Below, piece by piece: positions 26,609-34,661 of a stretch of 64,000 bases of DNA (position 1 is the first letter of the stretch; each line of letters opens with the position of its first letter). Location: NCBI GenBank assembly GCA_036393515.1, contig DASWGV010000207.1:15323-79322 (forward strand), given 5' to 3'. The notes under the pieces were generated by a model. That model searched no databases. It saw only the letters and a program-made list of their open reading frames with translations, and had not been told where the DNA came from. This DNA comes from Gemmatimonadales bacterium (GTDB lineage Bacteria; Gemmatimonadota; Gemmatimonadetes; Gemmatimonadales; GWC2-71-9). Made by a program: the position numbers and the translations under genes.

Positions 26609-27540
26609 CAGGCCACCGACCCGGCCGGCCCACCCACCGCCCGACTCACGACCGTGATGCTGGTGGCGACCCATTCCGGGTTCACTTGGGGCGGGCCGAT
26701 GGCCGCGTAGCGGCGGTCACCATCCACCATGAGCCCCGCGGCGCGAGGCCGCAAGTCCACCAGCACGTCCAGGCAGCCGTTGGGCGGGCGCACCTGCGAG
26801 CGGAGCGTTCGTAGGGGACGAGCATCCAGCGAGGGGTACACCAGGTAACCTCCAATGGTATCGGCCCGCGGAGTGGTGGCCCCGACCTCTTGAGGCGGGC
26901 CCAGCAGCGCCAGGGCGCCCTCGGCGTTTCGCCGGGTCATGCCAACACGCAGGCCACGCCAGGTGACCGTCGGCACCCGCAGCGTGATGGCGTACACCGC
27001 TCCGTTCAGTGCGTCCACCGTAATATCCGTGCCGTACGCGTAGCGCTCCAGACTAGGCGCTTCCGGGTGTTGACGGGGCGGCTGGACGCCAAGGATGGCG
27101 AACACCAGCGGTACGGCGGCGCCCGGGTCCAGCGGCAGCGGCCGCGCCTCACCCACCGCCGCCGGCGGATCTCGCTGCTCCACGAACTTGGGACCTGACC
27201 ACGATACCAGAAGCACCAGCGCGAGCACGGCTGCGGCGATCCCTCCGGCTACCCAGGGCTTTCGCCGGGCGAAGCTGCGCACCCGCTCGACGGCCGACGG
27301 CCGCGCGACCGGTTCCGCCGCCACGGGCGGGAAGCCCGCCGCCAATTGCTCGGCCGCCTCTTCCAGGATCTTGGACGTCTGGAGCCCGCTGGATCGGCGA
27401 CCGGAACTGGAGGCGCGGGCCAACTCTCGCATGATGGAGGAGCTGTCCCGTCCCTGCCGTTCCTGGGCGCAGGCCGGACAGCCCCGCGGGTTCTCGTCGT
27501 TGTACGGGATATCGTGCTTGGGGCAGCGGACCAACGCCAT
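26605..27540 (-). CDS. Hypothetical zinc-ribbon / single-pass membrane protein
   Basis: ATG 27540 gives MALVRCPKHDIPYNDENPRGCPAC (CxxH...CxxC), then a Ser/Arg-rich linker, one TM (WVAGGIAAAVLALVLLVSW) and a ~190-aa external domain. 8 nt downstream of dcd. Stop overlaps the DPP-IV gene stop. Confidence 0.6.
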   Translation of the reverse strand: MALVRCPKHDIPYNDENPRGCPACAQERQGRDSSSIMRELARASSSGRRSSGLQTSKILEEAAEQLAAGFPPVAAEPVARPSAVERVRSFARRKPWVAGGIAAAVLALVLLVSWSGPKFVEQRDPPAAVGEARPLPLDPGAAVPLVFAILGVQPPRQHPEAPSLERYAYGTDITVDALNGAVYAITLRVPTVTWRGLRVGMTRRNAEGALALLGPPQEVGATTPRADTIGGYLVYPSLDARPLRTLRSQVRPPNGCLDVLVDLRPRAAGLMVDGDRRYAAIGPPQVNPEWVATSITVVSRAVGGPAGSVAC

Positions 27541-27548
27541 CGCGGTCC

Positions 27549-28109
27549 CTAGATCCTGGGCAGGGTCACGCCCTGCTGCGCCTGGTACTTGCCCCGTTTG
27601 TCGGCGTAGGAGATCGCGCACACGTCGTCGTCATCGGCTTCGAAGAACAGCACCTGGGCGATCCCTTCGTTGGCGTAGATCCGCGCGGGGAGCGGCGTGG
27701 TGTTGGAGATTTCAAGGGTCACAAACCCCTCCCACTCCGGTTCGAACGGCGTGACGTTGGTGATAATACCACAGCGGGCGTAGGTGCTCTTGCCGACACA
27801 GAGGGTGAGCACGTTGCGCGGAATGCGGAAATACTCCACGGAACGCGCCAGCGCGAACGAGTTTGGTGGAACCACGCAGACGTCCGTTTCGACCTCGACG
27901 AATGACTTGGCGTCAAAATGCTTGGGATCCACGATCGGCGAGTGGACGTTGGTAAAGACGCGGAACTCGCGGGCGACCCGCATGTCGTAGCCGTACGATG
28001 ACACGCCGTAGCTGATCACCCCGGAGCGCTGTTGCGAGGTCTCAAACGGCTCGATCATGCGGTGCGCTTCGGCCATGCGGCGGATCCAGCGATCGGACTT
28101 GATGGACAT
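27549..28109 (-). CDS. dcd: dCTP deaminase
   Basis: [12 protein letters not shown]..., [20 protein letters not shown] and [12 protein letters not shown] blocks. ATG 28109 chosen over the longer track ORF. Confidence 0.92.
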   Translation of the reverse strand: MSIKSDRWIRRMAEAHRMIEPFETSQQRSGVISYGVSSYGYDMRVAREFRVFTNVHSPIVDPKHFDAKSFVEVETDVCVVPPNSFALARSVEYFRIPRNVLTLCVGKSTYARCGIITNVTPFEPEWEGFVTLEISNTTPLPARIYANEGIAQVLFFEADDDDVCAISYADKRGKYQAQQGVTLPRI

Positions 28110-28207
28110 GCGCGTTCCGGCCGTGAAGGTTGGCTTTTCCCACCCGGCCGCCCCGGCCGGCGGCCGAAAGATATGCGGCGTTACCTGTTGCGCCACATGG
28201 ACTTTGC

Positions 28208-28237
28208 TTGACACGTGCTCGCGCCCAGCGGTAACTT
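28208..28237 (+). promoter_or_regulatory. nuo operon promoter candidate TTGACA-N18-TAACTT
   Basis: Consensus -35 TTGACA at 28208-28213, with TAACTT at 28232-28237. Lies in the 159-bp dcd/nuoA divergent gap. Confidence 0.4.
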
Positions 28238-28250
28238 GGCGCAACATGGC

Positions 28251-28268
28251 ACGTGAAAAATTTCACGA
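28251..28268 (+). promoter_or_regulatory. Rex-type operator candidate (ACGTGAAAAATTTCACGA)
   Basis: Perfect palindrome CGTGAAA-AA-TTTCACG (28252-28267). Matches 11 of 14 defined positions of the Rex box TTGTGAAnnnnTTCACAA. Sits between the predicted -10 and the nuoA start. Confidence 0.45.
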
Positions 28269-28637
28269 GTGAAGGGGCCGGTGTCGCGCGAGTACGGATC
28301 GCTGTTGCTGCTCGTCGCCCTCGTGGTGGTGAATGCCGTCGGCATGCTGGTGTTTTCCCACCTGGTGTCGCCGCAGCGCCCCACCACGATCAAGTCCTTG
28401 CCGTACGAGTCCGGCATGCCGCCCATCGGCGGCACCCGCGAGCGTTTCAGCGTGAAGTTCTACCTCATCGCGATGCTGTTCATCGTGTTTGACATCGAGA
28501 CCGTCTTCATGATCCCCTGGAGTGTCGCGTTCCGGCAGCTCGGGCTGTTCGGGCTCGTGGAGATGCTGGTCTTTATCGTGATTCTCCTGGTGGGATACGT
28601 GTACGCGTGGAAACGCGGAGCCCTGGAATGGGATTGA
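28269..28637 (+). CDS. nuoA: NADH-quinone oxidoreductase subunit A
   Basis: Three TM helices; PYESGMPP and FDIETVF motifs. Start is GTG 28269 or GTG 28281 (the latter is preceded by AAGGGG). Confidence 0.9.
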   Translation: MKGPVSREYGSLLLLVALVVVNAVGMLVFSHLVSPQRPTTIKSLPYESGMPPIGGTRERFSVKFYLIAMLFIVFDIETVFMIPWSVAFRQLGLFGLVEMLVFIVILLVGYVYAWKRGALEWD

Positions 28638-29242
28638 GCGGTCCGGCCGCGGTGGAAAGCATGTCGCCCAACTGGCTGACGACCCGGCTCACGTCTCTGG
28701 CCGACTGGGCGGTGAACTGGGGCCGGGCCAATTCCCTCTGGCCCATGCCGTTCGGCACGGCGTGCTGCGCCATCGAGTTCATGGCCACGGCCGCAAGCCG
28801 GTTCGACCTCGCGCGCTTCGGGATGGAGCGCATGGCGTTCTCGCCCCGCCAGGCCGACGTCCTGATTTGCGCGGGGCGCTTGCCGTTCAAGCTGGCTCCC
28901 GTGATCCGGCTGATCTACGATCAGATGCCTCAGCCCAAATGGGTGATCTCGATGGGGGCGTGTGCCTCCACCGGCGGCATCTTCGACACGTACGCGATGG
29001 TGCAGGGCATTGATACGGTGGTGCCGGTGGACGTTTACGTCCCGGGCTGCCCGCCACGTCCGGAAGGCCTGCTCTACGGCATCCTCATGCTTCAAAAGAA
29101 GATCAAGGGAGAAACCCTGGCGGACCGCTCGCTACGCGACGAGCAGCCGCTGGGGGTGACCGGCCTGCGACTGCCCGCGGAGACGTTGGACGAGTTGTCC
29201 GAGCCGTTCGGCAACTCGGTTCATCAAACGCGGTCGGCCTAG
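28628..29242 (+). CDS. nuoB: NADH-quinone oxidoreductase subunit B
   Basis: [16 protein letters not shown] and GCPPRPE (N2 cluster ligands). ATG 28628 chosen (track start 28607). Confidence 0.93.
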   Translation: MGLSGPAAVESMSPNWLTTRLTSLADWAVNWGRANSLWPMPFGTACCAIEFMATAASRFDLARFGMERMAFSPRQADVLICAGRLPFKLAPVIRLIYDQMPQPKWVISMGACASTGGIFDTYAMVQGIDTVVPVDVYVPGCPPRPEGLLYGILMLQKKIKGETLADRSLRDEQPLGVTGLRLPAETLDELSEPFGNSVHQTRSA

Positions 29243-29256
29243 CTCGCTCCACCCCG

Positions 29257-29892
29257 GTGAACCCGTCCGTCAGCGCCCTCCGTGAGCGCTTCGGCCGCGT
29301 CGTGGGCCGGGCATTCGTGTCCTGCGGGGACACGGTGGTCTACGTGGACCGCGCTGCCGCGGTTCCGGTGCTGCGGTGGCTCAAGGAGACGCCGGGCCAG
29401 CAGTACAACTACCTGGTGGACGTCACCGCCGTCGAGTACCGGGACGCGGAGCGCCCCCTGGAAGTGGTGTACGAGCTGTTCTCCCTGGAACGGCGCGTCC
29501 CCCTGCGGGTGAAGATCGAGCTTTCCAAGGATGCCGCGCTGGAGGTGGATTCCATTGTGCCGCTCTGGCGCGGGGCCGATTGGCTGGAGCGCGAAGCCTT
29601 TGACATGTTCGGGATCGCCTTTCGGGGCCACCCCGACCCGCGGCGTATTCTCATGTGGGAGACCTATGCGGAGGGTCACCCCCTTCGAAAGGACTTTCCG
29701 CTGCGCGGCCGGTTTTCCCGTTCCGAGCAGGTGCGCCAGGCCCTGAACCTCCATCCGGAAGCCCACTACTCCATGGAGGAACTCTCCATCGCCGAAGCCC
29801 ACCGCGACCTCCCCGCCGACATGCGCGAGCGGCTGGAGCGCGGTGAGCGCGGCGTGGTGCCGGAGCCGCCCGGCGGGGCGGGGAATCCGTGA
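29257..29892 (+). CDS. nuoC: NADH-quinone oxidoreductase subunit C
   Basis: WLEREAFDMFGIAFRGHPD motif. Separate from nuoD. Confidence 0.92.
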   Translation: MNPSVSALRERFGRVVGRAFVSCGDTVVYVDRAAAVPVLRWLKETPGQQYNYLVDVTAVEYRDAERPLEVVYELFSLERRVPLRVKIELSKDAALEVDSIVPLWRGADWLEREAFDMFGIAFRGHPDPRRILMWETYAEGHPLRKDFPLRGRFSRSEQVRQALNLHPEAHYSMEELSIAEAHRDLPADMRERLERGERGVVPEPPGGAGNP

Positions 29893-31178
29893 GCGCCAAG
29901 CGCACCATGGAGTTCGACCTGGCCACCACCGGCGTGGATGCCTACGGCCGACCGGCCCGGATGCCGCTCGGCGTCGCCCTGGAAGAACCGCCGGACGACG
30001 ACGTGGAGTTGGGCGGGCACCACATGCTGCTCAACCTGGGGCCCCAGCACCCGGCGACACACGGCGTGCTCCGTTTGGTGGTGGAGCTGGATGGCGAGGT
30101 CGTGATTCGGGTGATCCCGCACGTGGGCTACCTGCACTCAGGCTTTGAGAAGCTCGGCGAGTATCGCCACTACAATCAGATCATCCCGCTCACAGATCGG
30201 ACCGATTACCTGTCCCCCATGGCGAACAACGTGGGGCTGGCGCTGGCCGTCGAGAAACTCATGGAGATCGAGGTCACCGAGCGCTGCCGCGTGCTGCGGG
30301 TGATCGCCTGTGAGATGAGCCGGATCATCTCCCACCTGGTGTGGATGGGGACCACGGCGATCGACATCGGGGCGTTCACCCCCTTCCTCTGGACCTTCTA
30401 CGAGCGCGAGCGGATCTACAATTTCCAGGAGGCCTGGACGGGAGCCAGACTCACCACCAGCCTGACCCGGGTGGGCGGGATGATGGCGGATGTGCCGGAC
30501 GGATTCACCACCGGGCTCCGCGACTGGTGCCGCACCTTTCCCAAGACGTTGGACGAGGTGGACCGCGTGCTCAGCCGGAACGGCATTTGGTGTTCCCGGA
30601 CGCAGGGCGTCGGGGTGCTGACCGGTGAGGAAGCCATCAACTTCTCGCTCTCTGGTCCCATGCTGCGGGCCTCGGGGGTCGCCTACGACGTCCGCAAGGA
30701 TCGCCCGTACCTGGGGTACGAGACGTACGACTTCGACGTGCCCATCGGGGAGCACGGCGACGTGTACGACCGCTATCTGGTCCGGTTCGAAGAGGTGCGC
30801 CAGTCCAGCAGGATCCTGGCGCAGGCCCTCGACCGCCTGCCCGACGGACCGATCAACGTGTCCGATCCGCGGGTCATCCTGCCGCCCAAGAGCGCCGCGA
30901 TGAGCGACATGGAAGCCATGATCTTCCACTTCAAGCAGGTGATGGAGGGCGTCGCGGCGCCGGTGGGCGAAGCCTACTTCCCCATCGAGAACGGCAAAGG
31001 GGAGCTGGGCTACTACTTCGTGTCCGACGGGACGGCCAAGCCGGTGCGCTGGCGCATCCGTCCTCCATCGTTTATCAACCTTGCGGCGCTGCCGAAAATG
31101 GCCGAGGGCGCGTTGCTGTCGGACCTGATCGCGATCAATGCGAGTGTGGATATTGTGATGGGGGAAGTGGATCGATAG
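29889..31178 (+). CDS. nuoD: NADH-quinone oxidoreductase subunit D
   Basis: LNLGPQHPATHGVLRL and a C-terminal DIVMGEVDR. GTGA overlap with nuoC. Confidence 0.95.
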   Translation: MSAKRTMEFDLATTGVDAYGRPARMPLGVALEEPPDDDVELGGHHMLLNLGPQHPATHGVLRLVVELDGEVVIRVIPHVGYLHSGFEKLGEYRHYNQIIPLTDRTDYLSPMANNVGLALAVEKLMEIEVTERCRVLRVIACEMSRIISHLVWMGTTAIDIGAFTPFLWTFYERERIYNFQEAWTGARLTTSLTRVGGMMADVPDGFTTGLRDWCRTFPKTLDEVDRVLSRNGIWCSRTQGVGVLTGEEAINFSLSGPMLRASGVAYDVRKDRPYLGYETYDFDVPIGEHGDVYDRYLVRFEEVRQSSRILAQALDRLPDGPINVSDPRVILPPKSAAMSDMEAMIFHFKQVMEGVAAPVGEAYFPIENGKGELGYYFVSDGTAKPVRWRIRPPSFINLAALPKMAEGALLSDLIAINASVDIVMGEVDR

Positions 31179-31180
31179 CC

Positions 31181-31675
31181 ATGCACAAGACCGCTCCCTA
31201 CGAACCGGTCTTCACCGGCGAGGTGAGTAAGCGCCTGGCCGAGGTGCTGACACGGTATCCCACCAAGCGGGCGGGTCTGCTGCCGGCGCTGTGGATGGTG
31301 CAGGAGGCACGCGGCTGGATCTCGGACGAAGCCATGACGGAGGTGGCCGAGGTGCTGGAGTTGACGCCCGCGTACGTCAAGGGTGTCGTCACGTTCTACA
31401 CGATGTATCACCAGCATCCGGTGGGGAAGCACTTCATCCAGGTGTGCACCACGACCCCGTGCAACCTGTGCGGTGCGGAAGGCGTGGTGAAAGCCCTGCT
31501 CAAACACACCGGCTGCGAGGAGTTGGGCGCCACCTCGCCGGACGGCCGGTTCACGGTGGTCGAGGTTGAATGCCTCGGCGCGTGCGGGTTCGCCACGCCG
31601 GTCCTGATCGGCGACGACTTCATTGAAAATGTGAAGGCGGAGACGGTGCCGGAATTGCTGAGGGGGTACCGGTGA
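31181..31675 (+). CDS. nuoE: NADH-quinone oxidoreductase subunit E
   Basis: 2Fe-2S ligands in CTTTPCNLCG and ECLGACGFATPV. Confidence 0.93.
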   Translation: MHKTAPYEPVFTGEVSKRLAEVLTRYPTKRAGLLPALWMVQEARGWISDEAMTEVAEVLELTPAYVKGVVTFYTMYHQHPVGKHFIQVCTTTPCNLCGAEGVVKALLKHTGCEELGATSPDGRFTVVEVECLGACGFATPVLIGDDFIENVKAETVPELLRGYR

Positions 31676-31762
31676 CGGTGGGCAGCCGCTCGGCCGCGGG
31701 TGGGGTGGGGGTTCGGCTCGGCCTGCCGGTGTGCCGGGGAGCGGTGGGGCCTGGGGGCTGAC

Positions 31763-33070
31763 ATGGGATTCCCGCACCAACCCCATCCCAAAGAAACCGT
31801 CGTCCTCTCTCAGTACTTCGGGGACGCCGAGGCTCGCACCTACCAAGGGTGGATCAAGCGCGGCGGATATGCGGCGCTCCGCACGGCTCTGGGGATGCAA
31901 CCATCCCAGGTGGTGGAGCTCGTCAAGGAGTCCGGGTTGCGCGGGCGCGGCGGCGCGGGATTCCCTACGGGGCTCAAGTGGTCCTTCATGCCCAGGGAAA
32001 AGACCAAGCCGCATTATCTCTGCTGCAATGCCGACGAATCGGAGCCCGGCACGTTCAAGGACCGCGAGATCATGCGGTGGACCCCGCACGCGTTGATCGA
32101 GGGATGCGCCATCGCGCAGTACGCCATCCGGGCGGAGGTGACCTACATCTACATCCGGGGCGAGTTCACCGAGCCGTTGGAGGTCATGCAGCGGGCGCTG
32201 GATGAGGCGTATCGCGAAGGCGTTCTGGGGGCGAACGCCATGGGCGCGGGGACACGGCTGGATATGTACATCCACCGCGGCGCGGGCGCCTACATCTGTG
32301 GCGAGGAGACCGCCCTGATGAATTCTATCGAAGGGCGTCGCGGCAACCCCCGCATCAAACCACCGTTCCCGGCGGCCGCGGGCGTGTTTGGCCTTCCCAC
32401 CACCATCAACAACGTGGAGACCCTGGTGGCCGTCCCGCACATCATCAACCGGGGCGCCGCGTGGTACAAGGGCCTGTGCCTGTCGAATCCCAAGAGCACC
32501 GGCACCAAACTATTCAGCGTGTGCGGGCAGGTGCGCCGGCCTGGCAACTACGAGGTGACACTGGGATTTCCCCTGCGCGACTTGCTCTACGACCTGTGCG
32601 GCGGCATGCTCGACGGTCGTCAGCTCAAGGCGTGCATTCCGGGCGGGTCGTCGGTCCCCATCCTCGACCGTGAGGAGACCGAGAGCTGCTTGATGGACTA
32701 CGAAGGATGCGCCGAAAAGGGGACCATGCTCGGGTCGGGCGGCGTCATCGTGTTCGACGACACGGCCGACATGGTCTACCAGATCATGCGGCTGGCGCGG
32801 TTCTACGCCCACGAGTCGTGCGCCCAGTGCACTCAGTGCCGCGAGGGTACCGCCTGGATGACCAAGATCCTTCAGCGGATCCTGGCCGGCGACGGACAGC
32901 CCAAAGATCTGGACCTGCTGCTGGATCTCTCGGAGCAGATGACGGGCAAGACCATCTGCGTGCTGAGTGATTCCTGTGCAGCACCGGTGGTGAGCGGCAT
33001 CAAGAAGTTCCGCCGCGAGTTCGAGGCCTACATCTCCCGGGCTCGCCGACCGGCCGGCGCGGCGGTGTAG
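31763..33070 (+). CDS. nuoF: NADH-quinone oxidoreductase subunit F
   Basis: SGLRGRGGAGFPTGLKW (FMN/NADH site) and ESCAQCTQCREG (N3 cluster). ATG 31763 preferred; GTG 31700 would add a Gly/Trp/Cys-rich extension. Confidence 0.93.
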   Translation: MGFPHQPHPKETVVLSQYFGDAEARTYQGWIKRGGYAALRTALGMQPSQVVELVKESGLRGRGGAGFPTGLKWSFMPREKTKPHYLCCNADESEPGTFKDREIMRWTPHALIEGCAIAQYAIRAEVTYIYIRGEFTEPLEVMQRALDEAYREGVLGANAMGAGTRLDMYIHRGAGAYICGEETALMNSIEGRRGNPRIKPPFPAAAGVFGLPTTINNVETLVAVPHIINRGAAWYKGLCLSNPKSTGTKLFSVCGQVRRPGNYEVTLGFPLRDLLYDLCGGMLDGRQLKACIPGGSSVPILDREETESCLMDYEGCAEKGTMLGSGGVIVFDDTADMVYQIMRLARFYAHESCAQCTQCREGTAWMTKILQRILAGDGQPKDLDLLLDLSEQMTGKTICVLSDSCAAPVVSGIKKFRREFEAYISRARRPAGAAV

Positions 33071-33074
33071 ATCG

Positions 33075-34661
33075 ATGAGCGACCAGGAGATCGTCACCCT
33101 CACCATCGAAGGGGTTGAGGTGAGCGTGCCCAAAGGCACGCTGCTCATCGAGGCGGCCAAGCAGGCCGGCGTGGTCGTTCCGCATTATTGCTATCACCCC
33201 GGGCTGCCAGTGGCCGGCGTGTGCCGGATGTGTCTGGTAGAGGTGGAAAAGACCCCCAAGCTCCAGATCGCGTGTGCCACGCAGGTGGCGGCGGGCATGG
33301 TCGTCCGTGTGCTGAGCCCCCAGGCCAGAGAGGCGCGGACCGCCGTCCTGGAGTTCTTGCTGATCAACCACCCGCTCGATTGCCCCATCTGCGATCAGGC
33401 TGGCGAGTGCGAGTTGCAGGATTACGTGTTCCAGGAAGGCCGCGCCCGCACGCGCTACGCCGCGTTTCCCAAGCGCTTCAACCCGGTGGAAGACTTCGGC
33501 GGCGACGTCCTGTACGTGCCGAATCGCTGCATCCTGTGTACCCGATGCGTCCGCTTCATGGATCACGTGGCGGGAGACGACGTTCTCAACGTAAGCGAGC
33601 GCGGCGACCGCGCGTTCATCGGCATACACCCCGGAAAACAGCTGGAGCACGCCTGGGCGGGGAACGTGGTGGACCTGTGTCCGGTGGGTTCCTTGATCTC
33701 CAAGGACTTTCTGCACAAGGCCCGGGCGTGGGAGCTGGACCGGACGCCGAGCGTGTGCACCGGCTGCTCGCAAGGCTGCAACGTGACGCTGGATACCCGG
33801 ACCGACGTGGTGGTGCGGAGCCGGCCACGCGCCAATCCAGCGGTGAATCGCTACTTCATGTGTGACCACGGCCGGGCCGAGCACCGCTGGCTGAACCGGG
33901 GGGATCGGATCGAGGCCCCGCTAGTGGCGGGCGTGGACGGTCTGGCGGCGGCGGACTGGGAGCATGGGCTGGCCCAGACGGCGCAATTGATCAAGGGTGC
34001 GGCTGGCCGGATCGTGATCCTCGCGTCGCCGGGCGCGTCCACCGAGGCGCTGTTCCTGGCGCGGCGCGCGCTGGGAGGCTCCGCGGTCACGGCGGCCTTC
34101 CGCGTGCCTCACGCGGGTCAGGAAGTGCCGCTCCCGGGCGTGCCCAACCTGGCGTTGCGCACCGAGCGCGTGCCCAATGCCACGGGCGCCCGGTTGCTGG
34201 GATACACGGAAGCGTTCGACGCGGCCGTGCGGGCGGCCGCGGGCGCCGCCATTGTGCTGGTGCTGGACGAGTCCCTCAGCGGTGTCGCGCCCGACGCCCT
34301 GGCGAGCGCCGGTGCGGTGATCTACGCGGGGACCGTGTTGCCGGAAGCGGCGCGATGCGCCCGCGTGGTGCTGCCCCTCGCCAATGTGGCGGAGGAGGAC
34401 GGCACCTTCGTCAACCGGGATCGCAGGGTCCAGCGATACATGCAGGCCCGCACTGCGCCCGGCATGGCGAGGCCGGCCTGGTGGGTATTCGCGGAACTGG
34501 AGGCCACGCTGGGCCGCGGCGAGGGTCTGCTCTCGGCCGACGCCGCGTTCGATGGGCTGGCGGCCGCGGAGCCGGCGTTCGGCGGTCTGACGTACGCTGC
34601 GCTCGGTAGCGCCGGCGCCGTGGCGCCGGCGGCCAGGTCCGGCGCGAGGGTCTCGGCGTGA
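33075..34661 (+). CDS. nuoG: NADH-quinone oxidoreductase subunit G (short form, 528 aa)
   Basis: CYHPGLPVAGVCRMCLVEV (2Fe-2S), HPLDCPICDQAGECELQD, RCILCTRCVRF...CPVG, CTGCSQGC. Compact molybdopterin-like C-terminal domain. Confidence 0.92.
   Translation: MSDQEIVTLTIEGVEVSVPKGTLLIEAAKQAGVVVPHYCYHPGLPVAGVCRMCLVEVEKTPKLQIACATQVAAGMVVRVLSPQAREARTAVLEFLLINHPLDCPICDQAGECELQDYVFQEGRARTRYAAFPKRFNPVEDFGGDVLYVPNRCILCTRCVRFMDHVAGDDVLNVSERGDRAFIGIHPGKQLEHAWAGNVVDLCPVGSLISKDFLHKARAWELDRTPSVCTGCSQGCNVTLDTRTDVVVRSRPRANPAVNRYFMCDHGRAEHRWLNRGDRIEAPLVAGVDGLAAADWEHGLAQTAQLIKGAAGRIVILASPGASTEALFLARRALGGSAVTAAFRVPHAGQEVPLPGVPNLALRTERVPNATGARLLGYTEAFDAAVRAAAGAAIVLVLDESLSGVAPDALASAGAVIYAGTVLPEAARCARVVLPLANVAEEDGTFVNRDRRVQRYMQARTAPGMARPAWWVFAELEATLGRGEGLLSADAAFDGLAAAEPAFGGLTYAALGSAGAVAPAARSGARVSA

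Noticed and set aside
28252-28267. Reading the nuo palindrome as a CRP/FNR-family site (TGTGA-N6-TCACA)
   Set aside because: It also fits GTGA-N6-TCAC. However the extended GTGAA/TTCAC cores with a 4-nt spacer, and the location on a nuo promoter, fit Rex better. Kept as an alternative only.
31698-31716. First G-run cluster (GGG-T-GGGG-T-GGGGG-TTC-GG) as an independent G-quadruplex
   Set aside because: Only three tracts of three or more Gs; the fourth is GG, so it does not meet the canonical motif.
31013-32440. 475-aa minus-strand ORF antisense to nuoD/E/F
   Set aside because: Shadow ORF; the plus-strand genes carry Fe-S and FMN motifs.
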